Positions 12,199-24,477 of a stretch of DNA of 64,000 nucleotides are shown one piece after another (position 1 is the stretch's first letter; each line of letters begins with the position of its first letter). Origin of the DNA: Pocillopora damicornis. Lineage: Eukaryota. The stretch spans positions 62,001 to 126,000 of the forward strand of contig NW_020843537.1 in assembly GCF_003704095.1 (NCBI RefSeq), read 5' to 3'. The position numbers were made by a program, and so were the translations under genes. Below the pieces are notes generated by a model. It did no database searches. It was not told the DNA's origin and saw only the letters and a program-made list of their open reading frames with translations.

Positions 12199-12809
12199 GA
12201 GTGCGCAACAAGTGAGGAATGTGGACTAAATCAGAGTTCCTTTCGTCTTTGAGTTATATTTACCTGGATCTGATAGATAAGAGGTCAAACTGAGTGGAAA
12301 ATAGACAGGTTCACGCAATTTATCTCGAGACATGACTTTGTTATTCTTTCAAAGAATTGTACAAGTGTTTGTCATTTCCTAGAATAAAATGACTGAGGTA
12401 CCACACACATAATCGGTTAATCATAACTTTTATTGTATCGATTGACCAACAGCTATTGAATAAAGGTATAAACTGCACTCTCTAGGGGTATAGAGGCTTG
12501 ATAACTCACTATAAAGGCTAATAAAACACGCAAAGAGTTTTCAAATCACTCAGCCTATACTCGGGAGAAAAATGTTGTTCCGTTTACCAAGCACCGAGAA
12601 CCGATCGAATTGTTATATCAGTACTATATAAGCCTGGAGTATCGTTAATACTTGAAATGAGAAGAGTAAATCAGTTCTTAATTGCTTTAATTTTGCTGAG
12701 TGTAAAATTNNNNNNNNNNNNNNNNNNNNNNNNNNNNNNNNNNNNNNNNNNNNNNNNNNNNNNNNNNNNNNNNNNNNNNNNNNNNNNNNNNNNNNNNNNN
12801 NNNNNNNNN

Positions 12810-13232
12810 GTTTCAGGAGTTCGATGGCGTTTCTTGGAAAGTCACTGAATAAGATTATTACGCTCTCGTGTAATTGAGGGCACCGTTGCTTGCTGGCAGA
12901 GCTCTTCTATTTCCTTATTTTCATGATGTCACTTTTCAAACTTACTAGAGAATAATTTCAATCATTCAAGTTGCATTGCTTTAAAAAAGACAAACAAAAA
13001 CATAACATTTGGATATCATCAAGAACTTCAAGTTGTAACAGTCCTTAGCTTTAAAGGTCACGAAATTAAATAAAAAAGAACTAACACTTGACTTAAATTT
13101 GTTCTGTTAGTCTCCAACTCCATTTATAATGCGATCGTTTATCTCAAACTATAGTGATGCTGAGAAGTACACCTGTCCTTTGTAATTTCTGTTAGATATC
13201 CCTCTCTCTTGGTATGGTTAATTACTTCAGTC
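12810..13232 (+). repeat. Duplicate of the 3' flank of copy 27320..28172
   Basis: gtttcaggagttcgatggcgtttcttggaaa... aligns with 28332-28806. Confidence 0.8.
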
Positions 13233-13597
13233 ACATAATTACGCGGATGTTCGAGACACTTTAGGGACAACGAGAGTCAAATTATACAGTCAAATACTTG
13301 TTCGAATCGAAATCGCTATGTAAATGTCAAGGTGCTTTTTTGCAGATAGTCAATAAAGTAGTCCGAACAGTGTTGAAATAAAAAGCACCGTTGTTACTTC
13401 GGTGTAAATTCTATAGTTTTCTTAAGTAGTAGTTATCGCATCTACGTTTTATCTATGGAGATTGAAAGGTACTTCTCAGTAGAGCGATCTCCGTCAACAT
13501 GAAATGTTATTGACTGCTTTTTGGGAGCGCAAATTATCATTATATGGTAAATTATCAGGTTTTGTTCACGTGATTAAGCTAACAAATATTTCTGTCA

Positions 13598-13640
13598 GTT
13601 CAGTGAAACTAACCATCCTTGCAAAATGCCGTTTTCTTGA
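13598..13640 (+). pseudogene. CKMPF-family orphan tail
   Basis: FSETNHPCKMPFS-TGA plus spacer, joined without a gap to unrelated upstream DNA. Confidence 0.75.
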
Positions 13641-14229
13641 GAGTGCGCAATAAGTGAGGAATGTGGAAAAAATCAGAGATCCTTTGTCTCTGAGCAATAT
13701 TTACCTGGATCTGATAGATAAGAGCTCAAACTAGGTGGAAAATGGCCAGGTTCACGCAATTTATCTTGAGACATGACTTTGTTATTCTTTCAAAGAATTG
13801 TACAAGTGTTTNNNNNNNNNNNNNNNNNNNNNNNNNNNNNNNNNNNNNNNNNNNNNNNNNNNNNNNNNNNNNNNNNNNNNNNNNNNNNNNNNNNNNNNNN
13901 NNNNNNNNNNNNNNNNNNNNNNNNNNNNNNNNNNNNNNNNNNNNNNNNNNNNNNNNNNNNNNNNNNNNNNNNNNNNNNNNNNNNNNNNNNNNNNNNNNNN
14001 NNNNNNNNNNNNNNNNNNNNNNNNNNNNNNNNNNNNNNNNNNNNNNNNNNNNNNNNNNNNNNNNNNNNNNNNNNNNNNNNNNNNNNNNNNNNNNNNNNNN
14101 NNNNNNNNNNNNNNNNNNNNNNNNNNNNNNNNNNNNNNNNNNNNNNNNNNNNNNNNNNNNNNNNNNNNNNNNNNNNNNNNNNNNNNNNNNNNNNNNNNNN
14201 NNNNNNNNNNNNNNNNNNNNNNNNNNNNN

Positions 14230-14766
14230 AAGAAATGCAACACCTATCACGTCAGACAGTGTTCTGATCCACTGTATTTTGACCAGGATTGTCTCCGCCG
14301 GGTGAAATTGGCAGTTGTGTGTCGTTTCGTAGGAGACGTAAGCCATCGTGACGTAAAAAAGGCTAATGATGGCAGGTGTTAAAAGTGAAATTAATGCGCC
14401 GATGTACATTGATAGACAAACTGTACAAAGAACGGATGGTCTGAATCGCTTCCAAGCCATGTCGTCATCTTCATTTTGCCGATCGTCTCCATCTTCATCT
14501 GGTGAGCTCGCGCCGATGACCAGATTTCTAACTCGAGGATTACCAACTGACAAGAGATCATAATAGTCGTCCGATGGTGGTGAATATTCCTGACAAATGG
14601 GTTTATCAACGGGATAACAATTCCACTTTCGACCCTCACCGCTCAAGCTATCGTTATATCCAAAGGTCTCCGCTTCAGGCTCATCAGGGTCGTAATGCTC
14701 TGTCACGCCGTGGGTGAAGCTGAATAAAATACGAGCAAAAACTTCAATCAGCAGACTGTTATTCAT
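14230..14766 (-). CDS. CKMPF family, 5' part (truncated by gap)
   Basis: Open frame MNNSLLIEVFARILFSFT...IQWIRTLSDVIGVAFL; upstream 14767-15081 is homologous to 465-798. Confidence 0.8.
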
Positions 14767-15767
14767 TGTCCGCGCTACAGAGTCTTCGAGTGCACACTTG
14801 AGATCTTCGATAACGAATGAACATGTTTCGAATAAGCTCCAGGCTTTTTCATTTGATGTTTTGAAAGTGAAAGTGCCAACAAAGCAGAAACAATCTGCAT
14901 GTTAGGGAAAGTGTTGACTACACTTATTCACTGAAAATTTGAGAAAAAGATGTTGACGATCAACATTATTAATTATATATGCTTCTATTGTTTGAATTTT
15001 AAAGAACTCCTCATAGGGAGGTAGTCAGAATGAATATTTCAGCTCGTCGACATGTAATGAACATGTTTCGAATAAGCTCCACTAAGATGTGAAATATTGA
15101 CTGGGACGATATTTATCTTTCCTATACTTTAACGAATTCTTTNNNNNNNNNNNNNNNNNNNNNNNNNNNNNNNNNNNNNNNNNNNNNNNNNNNNNNNNNN
15201 NNNNNNNNNNNNNNNNNNNNNNNNNNNNNNNNNNNNNNNNNNCTTTTTAAACTTACCTAAGAACTGGACGCATATTTCCGTTCTCTCAGGCTTTCTGTTG
15301 GAACGAAACTTTGTTTTTTGTGCCTGGATTTGCCAAAGTTTTTTATAAAATTGTATTTCATTTGTGTCAGGGGGCGTAGATGGGAAATTATTGGTTTATC
15401 CTGTAACTCTTTTCTCTCTTGATATGCCAGAGATGCAGGTTTCTCACATATGTAAACAGAGAACTGAAAAAAGCAATTTTTATGCGGTGTGAAGACCCTT
15501 TTCTGGGGTGGGGTGGGGGTAGGTAGTGCCAAATATTATTGGCTATTATTTCAATATTTATTACCAGCCACTTTTTCCACTTTTTTTAGCTTTTCTGGAG
15601 GACGAGGCAATATGGCCACGTTTGATCACAATTCACTGGAACATTACATATAGCACCTTTAATTTTCCTCTGTTATTCTTTTGGCATGACAATTATGTTT
15701 TCAATGCGCTGGACTATTATTATTTGTCCTAGTTTTTGGAGATCTTCCAGCTCAGTTGGGATGTCGT

Positions 15768-16670
15768 CTACATATAAGTTGTTAACTGACATGGAAAACT
15801 GCCTTGATTGACTTTAGAGTGACAAGTCTTACAGATAAACTCTTTTCCATCAAATGACAATAGTGTATTAAAAATATCCTGAGAAGGGTGACTAGTGTTA
15901 TTGAGTTTTAAGACAGATTTTTTATAAAGTGTTCTGTTTAAAACACATGTACCTTGAGGCTGCCCTCTTCCATACAAATCTCTAGCGTGAGAAACAAATA
16001 TTTTGAACCCCATATTCAAAGATTAGTACAATAGATTGCAACAACAATACACCTTTCTGTTAATATGAAATTGGTGTAGTTTTCAGATATGAGCGACTCA
16101 AAGACTCTTCGTAAAGAGGTTCAGCAGTTTCTTGGTGAACAGTACCAGAGTAGCTTTCACTGTATTCCAGTTGATAATCAGTATCAAACACATTTAATGC
16201 TGTGGATAATTCTGACTGCATTAAAAACACCTGTCTGGCTAATCGTGACAAACTTGATTTCCAATTTTCGTTGACAAACTGATTTCCAACATTCATTATT
16301 TGAAAACTCATTGCAACACATTGTTGTCCTGCATTTTGTCCAAAAACTAACTCGTTACCTTGACAATATGGAGCTGCTATTGTTTTGTTAGGGTCAACAT
16401 ATATTAGAGGACCAGGATCTTTTTCTATGTCTGTACTTAATTTATAGTTGCAATAATTTGCTATATGATCCTCACTCTTGCAAGAAAACAATGTCAATTA
16501 TGGGCTGGCACGATATTTTATCTTTCTTATACTTTGACGAATTCTTTCACGACAGTTTAAATTGAACGTCATCTTATTTACTAGCTTTATAGCATTTACA
16601 TAACAGTAAAATGTAGATGACATGGGTATACATGAAAGAATACGTGCATAGACAAGTTCACTAACCCTTC
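15768..16670 (-). mobile_element. Degraded Helitron-like ORF fragment: 2A-like motif, herpes-tegument-type cysteine protease-like domain, Cys-rich region
   Basis: LSTDIEKDPGP; YCQGNELVFGQNAGQQCVAMS; NRTLYKKSV...SFDGKEFICKTCHSKV, resembling the Cys-rich region upstream of Rep in animal Helitrons; broken by stops and deletions. Confidence 0.65.
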
Positions 16671-18109
16671 TGAATGCCGTTTTCTTGAGAGTGCGTAACA
16701 AGTGAGGAATGTGGACTAAATCAGAGTTCCTTTCGTCTTTGAGCTATATTTACCTGGATCAGATAAAAATGAGCTTCAACTAAGAGGAAAATGGATAGGC
16801 TCACGCAATTTATCTCGAGACATGACTTTGTTATTCTTTCAAACAATTGTACAAGTAGTCTTATTTCCTAGAATAAAATGACTGAGGTACCACACACATA
16901 ATGGTTGATTATAACTTCTATTGTATCGATTAACCAATAGCTATTAAATAAAGGTATAAACTGCACTCTCTAGGGGTATAAAGGCTAATGAAACACGCAA
17001 AGAGTTTTCAAATCACTCAGCCTATACTCGGGAGAAAAATGTTGTTCCGTTTACCAAGCATCAAGAACCGATCGAAATGTTATATCAATGCTATATGAGC
17101 CTGGAGTATTGTTAATACTTGAAATGAGAAGAGTAAGTCAGTTCTTAGTTGCTTTATTTTGCTGAGTGTAAAATTCCATAGTTATAGAATGAGTGATTTG
17201 AAAGTAATTCTTTAGTTTGTGGAGGTTCAAACGTTTATGTTGCCAAAGTAATTCTCTGTTAATATACATCAACCATTGCTTCCGGACATCAACTAAGTCA
17301 TAAGTTGTATTATCATGTTGAGTTCAAAGTCTGCCTAGGCGTAGTTTCCAAGCTCCTCGTCCGTGAGGTGCTCTCAAACTTTTGCAAACTCAGAGAGAAG
17401 CGTCTCCTTTGGCAGATTGTTTAAAAAAATTTGTAATAAAACAATTACTTTATTAATTTTCCACATAATGTTAAGGACGGGAAAATGTTTGGCTCTCGGT
17501 CATGATTTCGAGTCAAATATTGTCCCACCTGGCTCTTCCACTCAGTCATTAAGTAAATTGGAAGATGAGACGTTATAGTCAATATTGCATCCCCTTTTCT
17601 TGACCCTCACCCCACCCCTCGGGATGAAGTGTGGGACTTTCAGTTGCGCACTAGCAGTTGTACTTAAAGGGCAAAAGTTTACTAACACTGCATCTAACTA
17701 AGTCTGGCGTACATTTTTAGAACTTTAGAACAGATTGGTTTAGGTCGATTTTTAGAACTCTGAAGCAGGGGTTTGGTTCTCTGCGTTAAATTCTAGCATG
17801 AGTTCACAAGTGTGAAGTTCAGTATATTAATTTTAAGAATCTCATGAGATTTAAAAATACTCAGTGATACTACACACCAAAACGTCTAATAAGTTATTTA
17901 TTATCCAGCTCCTTTCTGATAAGTCTTTCTGCTCATGTCTTATAAGGCTGGAAAGGCAAAGCGGATAGAGAAGCGTAGCGCGCGCAATCGACTGGTTAAA
18001 CAGGTTTTTNNNNNNNNNNNNNNNNNNNNNNNNNNNNNNNNNNNNNNNNNNNNNNNNNNNNNNNNNNNNNNNNNNNNNNNNNNNNNNNNNNNNNNNNNNN
18101 NNNNNNNNN

Positions 18110-18129
18110 GCAAAATGCCCTTTGCGTAA
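18110..18129 (+). other. CKMPF-family last codons emerging from a gap
   Basis: (C)KMPFA-TAA followed by the same 3' flank as 7196 onward. Confidence 0.65.
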
Positions 18130-19789
18130 AGAATTTCTGAAAACTAGATGCCGGCAGTCGTTCAGCCTTCATTGTGTTAATTGGCTCGTGTTGGTGCTAG
18201 AGTTTGATGACATATTACACTTACCGGTTATTATCATCTAACTGCTCAAAGCACAGTACAAATAACGCGTGAATAGAGCACAAATATCCCGCGATATTGT
18301 ACGGTTACTTAGACAGTTAGTTATTTTGTGCTGTAAAAAAACCTGTTTAACCAGTCGATTGCGCGCGCTACGCTTCTCTATCCGCTTTGCTTTTCCCGCC
18401 TTATAAGAAATGAGCAGAAAGACCTAGCAGAAAGTAATTGGATAATAAATAACTCATTAGACGTCTTAGTGTGTAGTATCGCTGAGTGTTTTACTTTTAG
18501 ATTCTTAAAATTTATATACTGATTTTTACACTTGAATATAATTCTCATGCACTCGTGTTAGAATTCAACGCAGTGAACCAAACCCCTGCTTCTGAGTTCT
18601 AAAAATAGACTTAAACCAATCTGTTCTAAAATTTTTAAATATTCGCCAGACTTTGTTAGATGCAGTGTTGATAAACTTTTGCCCTTTAAGGACAACTGCT
18701 GGTGTGCAACTAAGAAGTCCCATACCTCATCCTGAGGGGTGGGGTGAGGGTTAAGAAACGAGGATGCACTATTGACTGCAATGTCTCATCTTCCACTTTT
18801 ATTAACTTAGTGACTGAGTGGAAGTGCCGGACGGGGGAACATTTGACTCGAGATCATGTCCGAGAACCAAACATTTTCCGTTCTCTAATATTATGTGAAA
18901 ATTTAATTAAGTAATTGTTTTATTATACATTTTTTGGAACAATCTGCTAATGGAGTCACTTCTCTCTGAGTTTGCAAAAGTTTGAGAGCACTTCACGGAC
19001 GAGGGGCTTGGAAACAAGGCAAACTTTGAACTCAACATGATAACCCAATATCTGCTACAGATATTGGGTTATTATGGCGACTTCACACGCCTTTGTATAC
19101 TGACTGAATTCTCTTTAAAAAATTATAGTTTTCATAGTTACTTTAATGTATAACAATATTCCTTATAACTTTGTTAATGCCAGGAAATCAAGGATCGTTG
19201 TATATTGACATACTTTAACATCGGCGATAAAAAGATTTGAACCTCCACAAAATCAATAATTACTTTGAAATCACTCGTTCTGTAACGATGTAATTTTACA
19301 CTCAACAAACTTAAAGTAACTAAGATCTTATTTACACTTCTCACTTCAAGCATTAACAATACTCCAGGCTTATATATTATATATAACATTTTGATCGATT
19401 TGCGATGCTTGGTAAACGGTACAACAGTTTTCTCCTGAGTATAGGCTGAGTGATTTGAAAACTCTTTGCGTGTTTTATTAGCCTTTCATAGTGAGTTATT
19501 AAGCCTCTATACCACTAGAGAATGCAGTTCATACCTTTATTTAATAACTATTGGTTACTCTACATATAAAGTTATTATTAATCATTATGTGTTTGGTACA
19601 TTTTATTCTAGGAAATAACAGACACTTGTACAATTCTTTGAAAGAATAACAAAGTCATGGCTCGAGATAAATTGCGTGAACCTGTCCATTTCCCACCCAG
19701 TTTGAGCTCTTATTTATCAGATCCAGATAATAGTGCGTACAGACAAAGGAACTCTGATTTAGTCCACATTCCTCACTTGTTGCGCACTC

Positions 19790-20090
19790 TCAAGAAAACG
19801 GCATTTTGCAAGGATGGTTAGTTTCACTGAACCGCCCGTGTAAAATTTCTATGATACACCCGCTGGACCACAATGCTAAGGAAACTACATTAAGAATTGC
19901 TGCAAGTATACGTCTTTTTCATCTTTTCCGCCAAACAGCCCCGACAGCCATGTTCTGTTAGTTTCTATCGCAAGGGATACGCTGGTGAAAAACCACTCAA
20001 TCACCAATAAAATGGATGTTTGGATGGCAAATGATTTAAGCAAATTTGCAAAGGATTCGTTTTCGTAAATAAGTTGATACACGAAGAAGA
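19790..20090 (-). pseudogene. CKMPF-family pseudogene, 3' part
   Basis: 4-nt deletion in ETHYQ; RWK changed to AGA TGA AAA (19919-19921); ends HPCKMPFS-TGA. Confidence 0.85.
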
Positions 20091-21493
20091 NNNNNNNNNN
20101 NNNNNNNNNNNNNNNNNNNNNNNNNNNNNNNNNNNNNNNNNNNNNNNNNNNNNNNNNNNNNNNNNNNNNNNNNNNNNNNNNNNNNNNNNNCAGAATGGAT
20201 AATCAATAACTTATTAGACGTTTTGGTGTGTAGTATTGCTGAGTATTTTTAAATCTCATGAGATTCTTAAAATTAATATATTGAACTTCACACTTGAATA
20301 TAATTTCTTATGCACTCATGCTAGAATTCAATGCAGCGAACCAAACACCTGCTTCACAGTTCTAAAAATAGACTTAAACTAATCTGTTCTAAAGTTTTAA
20401 ACTATTCGCCAGACTTCGTTAGATGCAGTGTTGGTAAACTTTTGCTGGTGCGCAACCGTAACGTCTTCTACTTCATCCTGAGGAATGGGGTGAAGGTTAA
20501 GAAACGAGGATTTACTATTGACTACGATGTCTCATCTTCCAATTTACTTAATGTCTGAGTGGAAGAGCCAGGTGGGAGAATATTTGACTCGAGATCATGA
20601 CCGAGAGCTAAACATTTTCCTGTCCTTAAAATTTTGCAAAAACATCATCAAGTAATTGTTTTATTATACATTTTTGAAAACAATCTGCCAAAGGAGACAC
20701 TTCTCTCTGAGTTTGCAAAAGTTTGAGAGCACTTCACGGACGAGGGGGAAACTAGGCAGACTTAGAACTCAACATGATGACCAGTATCTACTGCAGATAT
20801 TGGGTTATCATATCAACTTCACACGCCTATGTATACTGACTGAATTCTCTCAAACAAATCAGAGTTTTCATAGTTACTCTATTGTATAATAATATTCCTT
20901 ATTTGTTTATTAATGTCAAGAAAGCAATGGTTGTTGTGTACTGAAAGAGATTTACATTGGCGATATAAACGTTTGAACTTCCACAAAATCAATAATTACT
21001 TTGAAAAAACTCGTTCTGTAACTATGGAATTTTATACTCAGCAAAATTATAGCGACTAAGAACTTATTTGCTCTTCTAATTTTAAGTATTAACAATACTC
21101 CAGGCTTATATCGTATTGATATAACATTTTGATCAGGCTCGATGCTAAAGGTAAACGGAGCAAAAGTTTTCTCCCGAGTATAGGCTAAGTGATTTGAAAA
21201 CTCTTTGCGTGTTTTACTAGCCTTTATAGTGAGTTATCCAACCTCTATACCCTGATAAGGTGCAGTTCATACCTTTATTTAATAGCTATTGGTTAATTGA
21301 TACAATAGAAGTTATGATTCTGATTGAACATTATGCGCGTGATACCTCAGTCATTTCATTCCAGAAAATAACAAACACTTTGAAAGAATAACAAAGTCAT
21401 GTCTCGAGAAAAATTGCGCGAACTTGTAAATAAGTATTGCTCAGAGACAAAGGAACTCTGATTTAGTCCACATTCCTCAGTTATTGCGCACTC

Positions 21494-21677
21494 TCAAGAA
21501 AACGGCATTTTGCAAGGATTGTTTAGTTTCACTGAACCGCCCGTGTTAAGTTTCTATGATACACACGCTGGACCACAATGATAAGGGAACTGCATTAATA
21601 ATTGCTACAAGTATACGTATTTTTCATCTTTTCCACCAAACGGCCATGACAGCCATGTTCTGATAGTGAGTTTCTAT
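21494..21677 (-). pseudogene. CKMPF-family pseudogene, 3' part
   Basis: IETHYQNMAVMAVW...PCKMPFS with TGA at 21624-21626. Confidence 0.85.
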
Positions 21678-21777
21678 NNNNNNNNNNNNNNNNNNNNNNN
21701 NNNNNNNNNNNNNNNNNNNNNNNNNNNNNNNNNNNNNNNNNNNNNNNNNNNNNNNNNNNNNNNNNNNNNNNNNNNNN

Positions 21778-22317
21778 ATTCTTAGGTTTATACTACAGGA
21801 CTACAGTTCTCCATATGACATTTTACTAAGCAAAGTCAACTTAAAATCTCCATTCATTAGACGCCTCCAGAACTTCATGATCACGTTATATAAGTATCTA
21901 TTCCTTACGAATTATCCAGGTTATTTGAAGGATATGTTTACCGTACGGTCTTCATCCTAAAATTTGGGCGAAAATCATATCATGTCCCTTCCCAACCCAA
22001 TAACAACGACATACGGTCTGCACTCATAGCAAAATATGGAACTCTCTCCCAGACACTTACAGAACATTAAATTTTCTAGAATTCAAGCAGGAGATCCTCA
22101 GATATGAAGCTTTTCCACAGTAGATCTACAAGTTATGTTTCCCTCTTAGTTTTCCCTCTTAGCTTTTAGTTGTATATAGTTTAGAAATAATATTGAAATT
22201 GTAAGATAGCATATTTTTATCTCATTTTAGCTTTTTTCTCGAAGATATTAGCTCTACAGCTACACTGAATTTCGAGCTTAAATAAAGTATATGTATGTAT
22301 GTATGTATGTATGTATG
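21778..22317 (+). mobile_element. Non-LTR retrotransposon (CR1/L2-like) 3' end with (TATG)7 tail
   Basis: LRFILQDYSSPYDILLSKVNL...TTTYGLHS...AKIWNSLPD C-terminal motifs; AATAAA at 22281 then TATG repeats 22290-22317. Confidence 0.85.
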
Positions 22318-22404
22318 ATTCGAACGGACACATTTTAGAATAGCACATAACTGTACATGCTCAAAGTGGTCGCTGGCCAAAAAACACCACACTTATCTTC
22401 CTTC

Positions 22405-23152
22405 ATCAAATCTTAACTGAGAGATTTATAGACGCGTGCGCACCGGAGGAAAATGAGAAAAAGCTAAGCGGCTTATCAGATGAAGATCGAGCAATGGCTT
22501 GGAAGCAGCTCAGATCATCCACTCTTTCCGCAAAGTGGAGAGCAATGTGTACTGGTGCTTTGATTCCACTGCTGACTGCTACTGTTATCGGCGTACTATA
22601 TATAATAACCTACGTCTGCTATCAGACTATATACAACTGCCAATTTCATGACACGGAGACAATTCCTGAGAAAGCACAATGGATCAGAACATTGTCTGAT
22701 GTCACAGGTTGTGTTTTCCTGCACTTGTGGTTCTATGGAGGCGTGCTCTTACTTTTTCGACCATATCAGGTAATGGGGTTAAACGGGAAACTGTTCCTTG
22801 TAGCTTTTCTTCTGTTTTCTTTGGATGCAACTTATCGTGTGGCTCTTCAACTCCTTGGGATATCGCGTTCTAAACTTTCTGTGTTACTAAAGTTTCCGTT
22901 GAACGGTTTGTTCCTCCCCAGTATATGTTGGAAAAATTATCTCTCGACAAATGCATTTCGTACTCTAACAAAAAGGCGGTATTTGGTTCTAAAAATTATA
23001 TCGCCGAGCCGTTTCTCTTTCATAATAGGCATCTTCGTACCATCTTACATTTACCTGAAGTACGGCAAGCAAGATGCGAAAGGAAAGCTACTTATGGCAA
23101 TCTTCTCGCCTCTCATCGGGGTTGTTCTTGAGGTGATCTCTCGACTATGCGT
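22405..23152 (+). pseudogene. CKMPF family, 5'-truncated copy (3' end in gap)
   Basis: IDACAPEENE..DEDRAMAWKQLR...LIGVVLEVISRLC; the N-terminal ~80 codons are absent from contiguous sequence. Confidence 0.7.
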
Positions 23153-24477
23153 NNNNNNNNNNNNNNNNNNNNNNNNNNNNNNNNNNNNNNNNNNNNNNNN
23201 NNNNNNNNNNNNNNNNNNNNNNNNNNNNNNNNNNNNNNNNNNNNNNNNNNNNAGGAGATGAACAGAAAGACTTAGCAGAAAGCAGTTGGATAATAAATAA
23301 CTTATTGAACGTGTGTAGTATCGCTGAGTAATTTTACTCGTTGTTTGTATTTTGACTCACCCTACGGGCTCGACTTAAATCTCATGAGGTTCTTAAAATT
23401 AATATACTGAACTTCACACTTGAATATAATTTCTTATGCACTCATACTAGAATGCAACGTAGTGAACCAAACCCCTGCTTCAGAGTTTTGGGATCGAAAA
23501 GAATTTTATAATACGATTCGCTGTCATTAATAGTGACCTTCAATATTACGGAAAATAGACTTGAACCAATCTTTTCTTAAGTTTTAGACTATTGGCCAGA
23601 CTTAGTTAGATGTAGTGTTGGTAAACTTTTGCCCTTTAAGTAAAACTGTTAGTGTATAACTGAAAAGTCCTGCACTTCATCCTGAGGGGTGGGGTGAGGG
23701 TTAAGAAACGAGGATGCACTATTGACTTTAATGTCTCATCTTCCAATTTACTTAATGACTGAGTGGAAGAGCCAGACAGGAGAATATTTGACTCGAGATC
23801 ATGACCGAGAGCCAAACATTTTCCTGTCCATCATATTATGCGAAAACTTAAGTAATTGTTTTATTATACATTTTTTTGGAAACAATCTGCCAAGAAAGAC
23901 ACTTCTCTCTGAGTTTACAAAAGTTTGAGAACACTTCACGGACGAGGGGCATAGAAACTAGGAAGACTTTGAACTCAACATAGTAACCCAATATCTGCTG
24001 CAGATACTGGGTTATCCCGTCAACTTCACACGCCTATGTATACTAACTAAATTCTCTCAACCAATCAGAGTTTTCATAGTTACTCTAATGTATAACAATA
24101 TTCCTTATTACTTTATTAATGTCAGAATAGCCATAGTTGTTGTGTATTGACAGATAATTATATTGACGATGTAAACGTTTGAACGTCCACAAATCAACAA
24201 TTAGTTTGCAAAAACTCGTTCTGTAACTATATAATTTTACACTCAACAAAATTAAAGCAATTAAGAACTGAATTTTACATATGATCCACCGCATGTGGTA
24301 AACAAATATCATGTTTAACTCATTTTTCCGCAAGGTTTGTTCTTGTCATTATGTAGTTTCATTAAATTGACCGAAATGAACCATATTGTATTTGTTTGCC
24401 AAGGATTAGACATGCAATTCTGTAGATATTGTTGTAAGAGCAGTTTTTTTTGCTGATACTTTTTTTTTTTTTTTTTA

